Source of the DNA: Bifidobacteriaceae bacterium
Lineage (GTDB): Bacteria > Actinomycetota > Actinomycetes > Actinomycetales > WQXJ01
Length of the DNA: 64,000 bases
Assembly (NCBI GenBank): GCA_031270825.1
Contig: JAISXH010000032.1
Location: 3,771-67,770, forward strand
Reading direction: 5' to 3'
The position numbers and the translations under genes are program-made. Below are positions 55,846-64,000 of this stretch, in pieces. The number at the start of each line of letters is the position of its first letter. Positions within the stretch are counted from its first letter, which is position 1. The notes under the pieces were generated by a model that was not told where the DNA came from, searched no databases, and saw nothing but the letters and a program-made list of their open reading frames with translations.

Positions 55846-56066
55846 AGCCGCCTCCTCCCTCCGTCCGCTCAGTGGCGGTTCCGCGCCGCGCTCGGGGTCC
55901 CCCGGTCCGGCCGAAGCCGGCGCCTGGGAAACCGCCGAACCAAGCGAATTCCTCGGCTCAGACCGCGTTTCCTTGCCCGTGGCCAAGCCACAGGCGGGGG
56001 TTTCCGCTGGTCAGCGTGCCGCCGACTGTAGTCAACCGGGCCGGAGGGTGGTTGTTCGCCGCACTC

Positions 56067-56951
56067 CTAGTCCGCGAAAGGCTGGCGGCGACGGAAATCC
56101 GCCGCGCAGTCTTCGAATGTCATCCATTCAACACCCTCGTGTTCCTGGATGAAGTCGAAAACCCGGCCCAGCATCAACAAGTTCTGCGGGCGGCCGGACA
56201 CATCCGGATGAATTGTGAACGGAAAGACCGCGTAGTCGAGGTTCTCGTGGACCCACCTGAATTGGTCTTTCCAGAGCTGTTCAATGACTTGCGGAGCGAC
56301 GAAACCATGCGAATTGGGGTAGGCCTTGATGTACATCATGGGCGGAAGATCGTCGACGTACCAGTTGGCGCCGACCTCCACCAAGTCCACCGGGCGCCCG
56401 TGTATCAGCGGTTTCATCCAGGTGGCGGCCTCCTGCCCGTAGTCGACATTGGTCCAGGAGTCGCCGACCCGCGCGTAGAAGGGAGTGAAATCGTTGTATG
56501 ACTGCGAGTTGTCATAGGAGAAGCCCTCGGCGATCAGAAGCTCGGCCGTCTGGGCGGACATCTCCCACCAGGGCGCCACATAGCCGCGCGGGCGCCGGCC
56601 CGTCAGGCCGACAACCAGCTCAATCGACTTGGCGAGCACATCCCGCTCCTGTTGCTCGCTGAGGGCGACCGGGTTCTCGTGCGAGTAGCCGTGGCAGGCG
56701 ATTTCAGCGCCTGCGGCCGCCACGCGCTCGACCTGGCGCGGGAAAGTCTCGATCGAATGGCCGGGAATGAACCAGGTGGACGGCAGCCCCCGGGAAGTCA
56801 GCAGGTCCAACAAGCGCGGCATACCGACCTCGCCGGCCCAGACGCCCCGCTGGATGTCGTTCGGAGAATCCTGGCCCCCATAGGAGCCCAGCCAGCCCGC
56901 GACCGCGTCGACGTGGGTTCCCACCACCACTTTGATTTCTTTGCCTGCCAT
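56067..56951 (-). CDS. Polysaccharide deacetylase / PuuE-like (carbohydrate esterase 4 fold) hydrolase
   Basis: 294 aa. [31 protein letters not shown]. Confidence 0.7.
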   Translation of the reverse strand: MAGKEIKVVVGTHVDAVAGWLGSYGGQDSPNDIQRGVWAGEVGMPRLLDLLTSRGLPSTWFIPGHSIETFPRQVERVAAAGAEIACHGYSHENPVALSEQQERDVLAKSIELVVGLTGRRPRGYVAPWWEMSAQTAELLIAEGFSYDNSQSYNDFTPFYARVGDSWTNVDYGQEAATWMKPLIHGRPVDLVEVGANWYVDDLPPMMYIKAYPNSHGFVAPQVIEQLWKDQFRWVHENLDYAVFPFTIHPDVSGRPQNLLMLGRVFDFIQEHEGVEWMTFEDCAADFRRRQPFAD

Positions 56952-56973
56952 GTCTTGTCTCCTCTTCGTTGGC

Positions 56974-58368
56974 TCAGTTGGCGGTCCGCGTGGCCCGCAG
57001 CGCGTAGTGGAGCGTTGCGTGCAGCGCCATGGTTATCAGGAGGGCGGCGATGCCGGCCGGGAACCCACCGGGGAGCGCCACACCGTATTGGAACACCAGC
57101 CCCAGAGCCGCGCCCGCCGCGAACGAGATCACTCCGGGCCAGCGCACCGGCGCCTGGGCATGCGGCGAGGCGCCATATTGACCGCGCCGAGTGAAGTAGA
57201 AGTCAACAATGATGGGGCCGGCCAAAGGCACAAAGGCGGCGCCCAAGATGTTGATGAAGTCGGCGAAGAACAGTTGATAGAACGCCGCCGATCCCAAGAT
57301 GGTGCCGACCACGCCGGCGATCAGGATCAGTTTGGTTCGCTTGGCTTTGACCCCGAAGGCGTCCAGGACAGGCCCGGTGTACAGAGCGTTGCAGTACAAC
57401 TCGGAGTTGTTGGTGGTCCACAGGGAGGTGGTCCAGACCAGCACGCCAATGATGGACAAGAAGACGCCGGACCGGTACATCCAGTTGACGAAGTTGAAGT
57501 CTCCGCTGGCGACCGATGCCGCGTAGCCGATCACGTTCAGCACCGGGTTGGTCAAGATGAAGCAGGCGGCCCCGCCGATCAAGACGGCGCGGAGGTGCTT
57601 GGCGAACCGGAAGATGTCCACGCCCATGATCGCCCCGGCGATCCAGGCTCCGACCACCGTTGTGATACCAGCGCCGAACCCGAGTCCGCTGACGGCGTGG
57701 GACTTGTCGACCATGGCGCCGAAACCGCCGCTCTCAGCGATGATCGCACCGCCCACCCAGACCGCGACCACCAGGACGAACGGCGCCACCGGCAGGGCCA
57801 CGCGCTCGATCGCGGCGATCCCCCGGTAGGCGGTCCAGGTGAATAGCGCCCCGAAGACCAGACACGAGGCCAAGACTTCCAAGGTGACCGGCGCGCCGGT
57901 CTTGCCGAACCAGGCTGGATCGATCACCGTCACGCCGGTCGGATTGCCGAGCCAGCCACCCCAAATGTCGCCGATCATGCCCAGGATGGATGCGAACCAA
58001 CCCAGGGTCAGCAAGCCCATCACCGCCATGGGCAGAGCGAAACCTTTTGAGCCGTACGAATACTTGGACAGCAGGGACAGGTTCAGTCCGGTGCGCATCG
58101 CGGGGATGCCGAGCAGGATCGTCAGAGCGAACAGGAGCAGCTCCCCGACCGCGATGGCGCCCATGGCCTGGTCGAAGGGCATCCCGACCCCGGTGCCCTG
58201 GCCGGCGAGTGTGCCTCCCACCACCAACCCCGTGACCACGAAACCGAACCCGATCCAAATGGCCGCGATCCCGACGGTGCTGCGCCGCGCCCCGCGAGGG
58301 ACCGGCTCGAGCATGAATTCGTCCTCGCCGGGGCGCCTGGCGTCTTGTTGGGCGGTGCTATTGGTCAT
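56974..58368 (-). CDS. NCS1-family (cytosine/purine/allantoin/hydantoin-type) permease
   Basis: 464 aa, ~12 hydrophobic segments, CodB-like N-terminus ...[22 protein letters not shown]... Confidence 0.75.
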   Translation of the reverse strand: MTNSTAQQDARRPGEDEFMLEPVPRGARRSTVGIAAIWIGFGFVVTGLVVGGTLAGQGTGVGMPFDQAMGAIAVGELLLFALTILLGIPAMRTGLNLSLLSKYSYGSKGFALPMAVMGLLTLGWFASILGMIGDIWGGWLGNPTGVTVIDPAWFGKTGAPVTLEVLASCLVFGALFTWTAYRGIAAIERVALPVAPFVLVVAVWVGGAIIAESGGFGAMVDKSHAVSGLGFGAGITTVVGAWIAGAIMGVDIFRFAKHLRAVLIGGAACFILTNPVLNVIGYAASVASGDFNFVNWMYRSGVFLSIIGVLVWTTSLWTTNNSELYCNALYTGPVLDAFGVKAKRTKLILIAGVVGTILGSAAFYQLFFADFINILGAAFVPLAGPIIVDFYFTRRGQYGASPHAQAPVRWPGVISFAAGAALGLVFQYGVALPGGFPAGIAALLITMALHATLHYALRATRTAN

Positions 58369-58371
58369 TGT

Positions 58372-59496
58372 TTACTCCTTCTCGATGTGGTTTGCGGTCA
58401 GTGCTGACGCGCCGAGCGTGGACCGGATCTCAGCGGCGTCCAGGCCGATAGCGGCCAGATAGCGGATAGCAATTCCAGCGGCTTCGCTGGTCAGGCCCTG
58501 TCCGTCGATGGCGCCGGCGTCCGCCAGGCGACGTCCGGTGGCGTAACGTCCCAGATCGACGCGGCCGCCCTGGCAGCGGCTGGTCACCACGACGACCGTG
58601 CCCCGCACGGTCAGGCGGCGGATGGCCCTCTCCACGCCCGTGCCGTCCAGCGGAGCGGTCCCGGCGCCGTATGCCTCCAGGACAACCCCCGCGCAGGCGG
58701 CGCCCGCCCGCGCCAGTTCTCTTCCCCCGAACCCGGGGTAGATCGCCACCAGCGGCACCCGGAAAGCGCTCAACCGATGGCGCAGCGGCCGTCCCGCAAG
58801 CGCCGCCAAGCGGCCGGCCAGTGGCGCGGCGCCGTGATCGTGTTTTCCGGCCAGAGCAAACTCCGGCGCTGGAACCTGGAAGCCGTCCGGCGCCAGCGTC
58901 GTGGTCTTGGTGACGCCGAAGCCGGGCAGGATCCGGTCGCCGAAGGCGACCCAGGCGCCCCTGGCCGATTCGCGGCCGAAGCGGGCTGCGAGCGTGAGGT
59001 TCCGAGCGGCATCGTCCGCCCCGCGCCCTCCGCCCGCCAACGAGGCCTGGGCCCCGGTCACCACCACCGGTCCGGACGCGGTCGCCGCCAAGGCGAGGAG
59101 GGAGGCGGTGTAGGCCATGGTGTCGGTGCCCTGCAGCACCATCACGGCGGCCCGCTCCTGTCCGGCGGCGTTGACTTCTGCGACCAGGTCGTCCCAGGTC
59201 CAGGGGGTGAACTGGGCCGAGTCGCGCGGCGGCCAGGGCGACCGCAATTGGATCGTGGCGCCGGGCGCGGCCTCCCGCAGGAGGGACTCGATGGTGTCGA
59301 TGCCGTCAGCCGAGGCACGCCACCCGCGCGGGGACTTCGCCATTCCCAACGTGCCGCCCAGGTAAAGCACCTCGATCCGGTCGGGTGCTGGCTGGTCGCC
59401 GGCCGTCTGCTCGCCCGCCGTCCGGTCGCGCGCTGGCTGGTCACAGGCTGCTTGGTGGCCGGGCGCCGCCGACCCGGGTTGTTCAAAAACAGTCAC
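58372..59496 (-). CDS. L-asparaginase-family amidohydrolase
   Basis: IEVLYLGGTLGM (TGGT-like nucleophile motif) and VLQGTDTMAYTAS. GTG start at 59496. Stop lies 3 nt before the permease start. Confidence 0.75.
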   Translation of the reverse strand: MTVFEQPGSAAPGHQAACDQPARDRTAGEQTAGDQPAPDRIEVLYLGGTLGMAKSPRGWRASADGIDTIESLLREAAPGATIQLRSPWPPRDSAQFTPWTWDDLVAEVNAAGQERAAVMVLQGTDTMAYTASLLALAATASGPVVVTGAQASLAGGGRGADDAARNLTLAARFGRESARGAWVAFGDRILPGFGVTKTTTLAPDGFQVPAPEFALAGKHDHGAAPLAGRLAALAGRPLRHRLSAFRVPLVAIYPGFGGRELARAGAACAGVVLEAYGAGTAPLDGTGVERAIRRLTVRGTVVVVTSRCQGGRVDLGRYATGRRLADAGAIDGQGLTSEAAGIAIRYLAAIGLDAAEIRSTLGASALTANHIEKE

Positions 59497-59515
59497 ATTG
59501 CACCTTTGCTGTCCG

Positions 59516-59528
59516 GCTGTCTGACAGC
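59516..59528. promoter_or_regulatory. Perfect palindrome GCTGTC-T-GACAGC 20 nt upstream of the asparaginase start (candidate GntR-type operator)
   Basis: ggctgtctgacagcagg. Fits the generic GT-Nx-AC pattern of GntR-family operators. Confidence 0.3.
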
Positions 59529-59838
59529 AGGATAGCAGGGCAGCTAGCTCAGGCCTCTGGGACCTGTCTTGAGCCGCGAAAGCACCAGCCGCAACTGGGG
59601 CACGGAGCAGGAATCCGGCCTCTTCCCGCGAGCCGGGCGATGCGGGCCGTCAGCGAACGCCAGTCGCCTGAGGCGCCAGCGGCGGGGCGCTCGCCCCGGC
59701 CCGAACCCGGAGGCGGGACGGTCGCCCGGGGCCCGGGGCCGGTCGCCCGGCCCGAACCCCCGGCCCGAACCCGGCGCCGCACCCCTCGAGGCCCCCCAAA
59801 CCCGGCGGTCACTTGCGGAAATAACGACGCCCGGCTAC

Positions 59839-61245
59839 CTACTCCGGCCTTAACTCATCCAAATTCAGAAGACGGTCCAACTCGGCATCGTCCAAATAGC
59901 CGTGCTCCAAGACGACCTCCCTGACCGACTTGCCGCGAGCGGCGGCCTCCTTGCCGATCTGGTCGCCCAACTGGTGCCCCAACACCGGGTTGAGGTAGGT
60001 CACCAGCCCGATCGACCGGCTCACATAGCCCTGGGTCACGTCGGCGTTGACCTCGATCCCGGCGACACAGTAGACGCGCAGCGTGCGCGCGGCGTTGCGC
60101 AAGAGGCTGATCGACTCCATGACGGCCTGGGCAATCACCGGCTCGAAGGCGTTGAGTTGGAGCTGGCCCGCCTCGGCGGCGTTGGTCACCACGATGTCGT
60201 TCCCCATCACCTTGAACGCCACCTGTCCCACCACCTCGGGGATGACCGGATTGACCTTCGCCGGCATGATCGAAGAGCCGGCCTGCCGTTCCGGGAGACG
60301 GAGTTCGTTCAGCCCGGCGCGCGGGCCGGAGGACAAGAGGCGCAAGTCATTGGAGATCTTCGACAGCTTGACCGCTATCCGCTTGAGGGCGCCGTGGCAA
60401 GACACATAGGCGCCGCAGTCGGAGGTCGCCTCGATCAGATTCGGGGACAGGATCACCGCCAGACCCGTGACGCGGGCGAGTTCCGCGACCGCGCGCTCGG
60501 CATAGCCCTTGGGGGCGTTGACACCGGTCCCGATCGCGGTAGCGCCCAGATTGACCTCCAACAGCAGCTCCGCCATCGCCGTCGAGTGTTTGCGTTCTTC
60601 CGCGATCAGCACGCCGAAGGCGGCGAACTCCTGGCCCACGGTCATGGGGACGGCGTCCTGAAGCTGCGTCCGGCCCATTTTCAGCACTCGTCTGAATTCG
60701 TGCGCCTTGGCCTCAAAGGCCTCCTGCAGGCGGGCCAATTCGGCCACCAAGGCCTCAAGCTCCAGGATGGTGGCCACGCGCAACGCGGTGGGGTAGGAGT
60801 CATTAGTCGACTGCGACATGTTGACGTCATCGTTTGGGCTGACGGTGGCGTAGTCGCCTTTTTCGCGGCCCATATGCTCCAAGGCCAGGTTCGCGATCAC
60901 CTCGTTGACGTTCATGTTGGTGGACGTTCCCGCGCCGCCCTGGAAGACGTCGATCGGGAACTCGCCATCCAGGTCCCGCACTGCGATGAGCCTGTCGCAG
61001 GCGGCGATAATGGCTTCGGCTTTCCCCTCCGGCAACGCGCCCACCTGCCAGTTCGCCAGCGCGGCTGCCTTCTTGACCATCGCCAACGCCCTGATCAGAT
61101 TGGGGTGGCGCCCGATCGGGTGCCCCGAGATCTGGAAGTTCTCCACCGCTCTGGCGGTGTTGATGCCGTAGTAGGCCTCGGCCGGTATTTCCAACGATCC
61201 GATCAGGTCGGTCTCAGTGCGCGTGGCAGTGGGTCCCAGATTCAT
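59839..61245 (-). CDS. aspA: Aspartate ammonia-lyase (aspartase)
   Basis: ATG 61245: [33 protein letters not shown]. Fumarate-lyase signature [11 protein letters not shown]. Confidence 0.9.
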   Translation of the reverse strand: MNLGPTATRTETDLIGSLEIPAEAYYGINTARAVENFQISGHPIGRHPNLIRALAMVKKAAALANWQVGALPEGKAEAIIAACDRLIAVRDLDGEFPIDVFQGGAGTSTNMNVNEVIANLALEHMGREKGDYATVSPNDDVNMSQSTNDSYPTALRVATILELEALVAELARLQEAFEAKAHEFRRVLKMGRTQLQDAVPMTVGQEFAAFGVLIAEERKHSTAMAELLLEVNLGATAIGTGVNAPKGYAERAVAELARVTGLAVILSPNLIEATSDCGAYVSCHGALKRIAVKLSKISNDLRLLSSGPRAGLNELRLPERQAGSSIMPAKVNPVIPEVVGQVAFKVMGNDIVVTNAAEAGQLQLNAFEPVIAQAVMESISLLRNAARTLRVYCVAGIEVNADVTQGYVSRSIGLVTYLNPVLGHQLGDQIGKEAAARGKSVREVVLEHGYLDDAELDRLLNLDELRPE

Positions 61246-61380
61246 CCGATGAGCGTAGCGTCCCGCCCGAGCACTCCGGCCAGCCGCATGGCTCTTCCGT
61301 CGCAAGCCGCTGACTGGTAATGACGCCCAGTCTGTTCGCCGTGGGCGAAACCCGCTGCGGCATGGGCCGGCGCTGACCAA

Positions 61381-62340
61381 TCAGCCCGCCAGGACCGCCG
61401 CCCCGCCAACGGAACCGGTCGCGCGGAGAATCCGGGCGGCCGGGTAGCAATCGGCAAGGGCAGACCGCAAGGCCTCGGCCTCCGGAGCCGAACCGGCCAG
61501 GCACGCCACAGTGGGCCCAGCCCCGGAGACCACCGCGCCGCGGGCGCCGGCGTCCAGGGCGCCTGCGACCACGTCGGCGAGCTCCGGGCGCAACCAGAAC
61601 GCCGCCGGCTGGAGGTCGTTGACCAGGCTCGCGCCCACCCGTCCGGCGTCACCGCCGGCCACTCCCGCCAACAGCTCTGCCGGGATGGCCGGCGGCTCGG
61701 TCAGATTCCGGGCCCCCTCCAGCGCGTCGAAACGAGCGAACACCTCCGGAGTCGACAACCCCGCAGGGCTGGTCACCAGCACCCATTCGAACGAGTCGAC
61801 CGCCGCCAGCGGGCGCAGGTCTTCACCGCGTCCATGCCCCACGGCATTGCCTCCCAGCACCGCGAAAGGCACGTCTGAACCCAATTCGGCGGCCAATTCG
61901 ACCAGCCGGGCCGGACTCAAACCCAGATCCCACCAAGCGTTCAAGGCCACCAGGGCGGCGGCGGCGTCGGCGCTGCCGCCGGCCAGTCCACCCGCCACCG
62001 GGATCGACTTGACGATGCTCAATCGCACGGGCTCAAGCGGCCCGAACCGACGCCGCAACAACGCCGCCGCCCGGCAAGCCAGATTGGACTGGTCCAGCGG
62101 CACCGCTTCGGCTTGCGGCCCGGTCACGGCCAACTCGTCGCACCCCACCCTCGCGAAGGCGTCCGCACGGCCGGCGAGGCCCGTCCCCGCCGCCACCACC
62201 CCGACTGTCACCCGTTCAACCAGGTCGACCGCATGAAACAAACTGTTCAGCGGATGGTAGCCATCACTCCGGCGGGGGCCCACCCGCAGCGCCAGGTTGA
62301 TCTTGGCGGGCGCGGCCGCAGTCAATTCAGCCGGCCGCAT
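61381..62340 (-). CDS. ispE: 4-diphosphocytidyl-2-C-methyl-D-erythritol kinase
   Basis: ATG 62340: MRPAELTAAAPAKINLALRVGPRRSDGYHPL. GHMP motif IPVAGGLAGGSADAAA. Confidence 0.9.
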   Translation of the reverse strand: MRPAELTAAAPAKINLALRVGPRRSDGYHPLNSLFHAVDLVERVTVGVVAAGTGLAGRADAFARVGCDELAVTGPQAEAVPLDQSNLACRAAALLRRRFGPLEPVRLSIVKSIPVAGGLAGGSADAAAALVALNAWWDLGLSPARLVELAAELGSDVPFAVLGGNAVGHGRGEDLRPLAAVDSFEWVLVTSPAGLSTPEVFARFDALEGARNLTEPPAIPAELLAGVAGGDAGRVGASLVNDLQPAAFWLRPELADVVAGALDAGARGAVVSGAGPTVACLAGSAPEAEALRSALADCYPAARILRATGSVGGAAVLAG

Positions 62341-62501
62341 GATCGCTCCCGCCGCCAGACCGGTGGCCTCGGGCGCCGCACTGGGCGCTGGCGGCCCCGC
62401 CGCCAGCAGTTTCCGCCCAGGCGGCCCCCATTGCGCCATGGGGATCGGCCTGCACGGCGCCATCGGGATCAGCCCGGCTGTCGGCCAGCGCCGGCGCCGT
62501 G

Positions 62502-63479
62502 TCAGGCCGCCTCATGACTGCTCCCCTTAGACCCTGCGCCGACGACGGCCAGCGCCGCCGCCAAACGCCCGAAGGCCGCCACGTCCAAGGTCTCGCCACG
62601 AGCCATCGGGTCGATCCCGGCTGCCCGCAAGGCCGCCTCAGCCCGCGCGGATCCGCCTGCCAATCCGGCCAGAGCGGCCCGCAAGGTCTTACGACGAGCG
62701 GCGAAAGCGGCATCGACCACCGCGAAGACCTGGCGACGTTCGGCGCCGGCGGCAGGGGCCGGGCGCCGCTCCAGATAGACCAAGGCCGAGTCGACCCGCG
62801 GCACCGGGAAGAAGGCGCTTCGGGGCACCCGCCCGGCCAATCGCGCCGACGCCCACCAGGCCGCCTTGACGCTCGGGATCCCGTAGACGCGCGAGCCGGG
62901 CGCCGCCACCAGCCGGTCCGCGACCTCCGCCTGGACCATCACCAGCCCCCGCCGGATCGACGCTAATCGCTCCAGGCAGCGCAGCAACACCTTGGTGGCC
63001 ACTCCGTAGGGCAGATTGGCCACCAGTGCCGTCGGCGGGGGTGGGGGGAGCACCGCCAGCTCCAGCGCGTCGGCGGTCAGGACGGTCAGGCGTTCGCCCA
63101 GGCCTGGTGCCCGTAGTTCGGACGATGCCGTGTGGCCACCGCCGCTCGTCCCCTCGCCTGTCGTCGCCCGGGAGTAAGCACAATCACCGTCCCCCTGCGG
63201 ATTTTGGTGGCGGGAGGCGATGGTGGTGGGGAGGGCGGTGGCTAGGAGGGGGTCGATTTCGACTGCGGTCACGGTCATGCCTGCCTCCAGCAATGCCAGA
63301 GTTAGCGAGCCCAGGCCGGGGCCGATTTCTAGGACACGTTCGCCGGGGGCCAAGTGAGCGGCCGCCACGATGCGGCGGACCTGGGCTGGATCGACCATGA
63401 AATTCTGGCCCAGGGCCTTGGCTGGGCGCAGCCCTAGCTCGTTCACCAGGGCGCGGACGTCGGTCGGGGTCAGCAGCAC
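62502..63479 (-). CDS. rsmA: 16S rRNA (adenine1518/1519-N6)-dimethyltransferase with ~35-aa repeat-derived insertion
   Basis: [33 protein letters not shown] start at 63479. Confidence 0.92.
   Translation of the reverse strand: MLLTPTDVRALVNELGLRPAKALGQNFMVDPAQVRRIVAAAHLAPGERVLEIGPGLGSLTLALLEAGMTVTAVEIDPLLATALPTTIASRHQNPQGDGDCAYSRATTGEGTSGGGHTASSELRAPGLGERLTVLTADALELAVLPPPPPTALVANLPYGVATKVLLRCLERLASIRRGLVMVQAEVADRLVAAPGSRVYGIPSVKAAWWASARLAGRVPRSAFFPVPRVDSALVYLERRPAPAAGAERRQVFAVVDAAFAARRKTLRAALAGLAGGSARAEAALRAAGIDPMARGETLDVAAFGRLAAALAVVGAGSKGSSHEAA
63174..63206. repeat. Unit of the 28-29-nt family lying in frame inside rsmA
   Basis: gtaagcacaatcaccgtccccctgcggatttt. Read as ...[12 protein letters not shown]... 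Confidence 0.9.
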
Positions 63480-63643
63480 AATTCGGGTCCTTCGCCGGCC
63501 CGGCGCGGGTCGGGGCGGGCAGCCGGCGGCCTCGGAGTGATTCGAGTGTCGGAAAGGCGGTCGCTGTGGCCGTATCGGGTCAGTGACGCGAGCATTTGGG
63601 CATCATCCCCGAGCGGAAAAGCGGCGGCCGTCTCCGCGTCCGG

Positions 63644-64000
63644 TCAGTACCAGCCCTTGGACTGGAAAGCGCCCCAGGCGCCGCAAGGCGTCCCGTAGCG
63701 CCCGGAGATGTAGCCCAGACCCCATTTGATCTGAGTCGTCGGATTGGTTTGCCAGTCGGCGCCGGCCGTAGCCATCTTCGAGGCCGGCAAGGACTGCGGG
63801 ATGCCATAAGCGCCGGTGGAGCGATTGGCGGCGTTCGCGCGCCAGCCCGATTCCCGTTGCCACAGCGATACCAGGCAAGCGAACTGGTCGTCGCCCCAGC
63901 CGTAAGAATCGGCCATCATCCGTTTGGCGACTCCCTGGGCGCTGCCGGGATCGACGTCGATGTTCACGTCAGGCGCCGACGCGACCGGCTTGGTGCCGAT
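63644..64000 (-). CDS. Lysozyme-like / lytic-transglycosylase-domain protein, C-terminal part (gene continues past the right edge)
   Basis: ...LWQRESGWRANAANRSTGAYGIPQSLPASKMATAGADWQTNPTTQIKWGLGYISGRYGTPCGAWGAFQSKGWY. The frame stays open from the track GTG (63967) to position 64000. Confidence 0.7.
   Translation of the reverse strand: MGTKPVASAPDVNIDVDPGSAQGVAKRMMADSYGWGDDQFACLVSLWQRESGWRANAANRSTGAYGIPQSLPASKMATAGADWQTNPTTQIKWGLGYISGRYGTPCGAWGAFQSKGWY

Overview
High-GC actinobacterial chromosomal DNA, transcribed almost entirely on the minus strand between ~2.5 and ~49.6 kb. Left third (1-22.6 kb) is an accessory cell-surface locus: a partial signal-peptide Ig-like protein gene running off the left edge (absent from the ORF track), a convergent sensor kinase / OmpR-type regulator pair, and one uninterrupted 18.5-kb gene for a ~6,150-aa LPFTG-anchored protein built from tens of Ig-like modules with nested higher-order duplications. 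This locus ends at a C/G-run cluster, a five-unit spacer-less tandem repeat and an atypical 74-nt tRNA (anticodon UAA but class-I shape). The rest (22.6-64 kb) is a housekeeping block. From memory, its content and order parallel the M. tuberculosis Rv1009-Rv1026 neighbourhood (ppx, DUF501, ftsB-like, eno, mazG, mfd, pth, rplY, prs, glmU, tRNA-Gln, TetR, ispE, rsmA, transglycosylase). Inserted metabolic modules are phosphomutase-deoC-cdd, a fused TrpE/G-like gene, nadE, pntAB, ahpC, MarR + ABC-F, and aspA - asparaginase - NCS1 permease - deacetylase - GntR - ketopantoate-reductase-like. I recognised no phage, IS, CRISPR-cas, toxin-antitoxin or known defence genes. Three sequence-level signals stand out. 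(i) A dispersed, non-palindromic 28-29-nt repeat family (core GGGGACGGTGATTGTG) occurs at >=9 loci, as spacer-less arrays between genes and as in-frame insertions inside nadE, mfd, rsmA and the mazG 3' end. (ii) Tandem-repeat-encoded Pro/Ala/Gly/Ser-rich insertions are pervasive in otherwise conserved housekeeping proteins. (iii) A perfect 38-bp duplication of the mfd start region creates a 37-codon relay ORF joined by GTGA overlaps to both pth and mfd. All functional calls rest on motif recognition by eye; no database search was possible.
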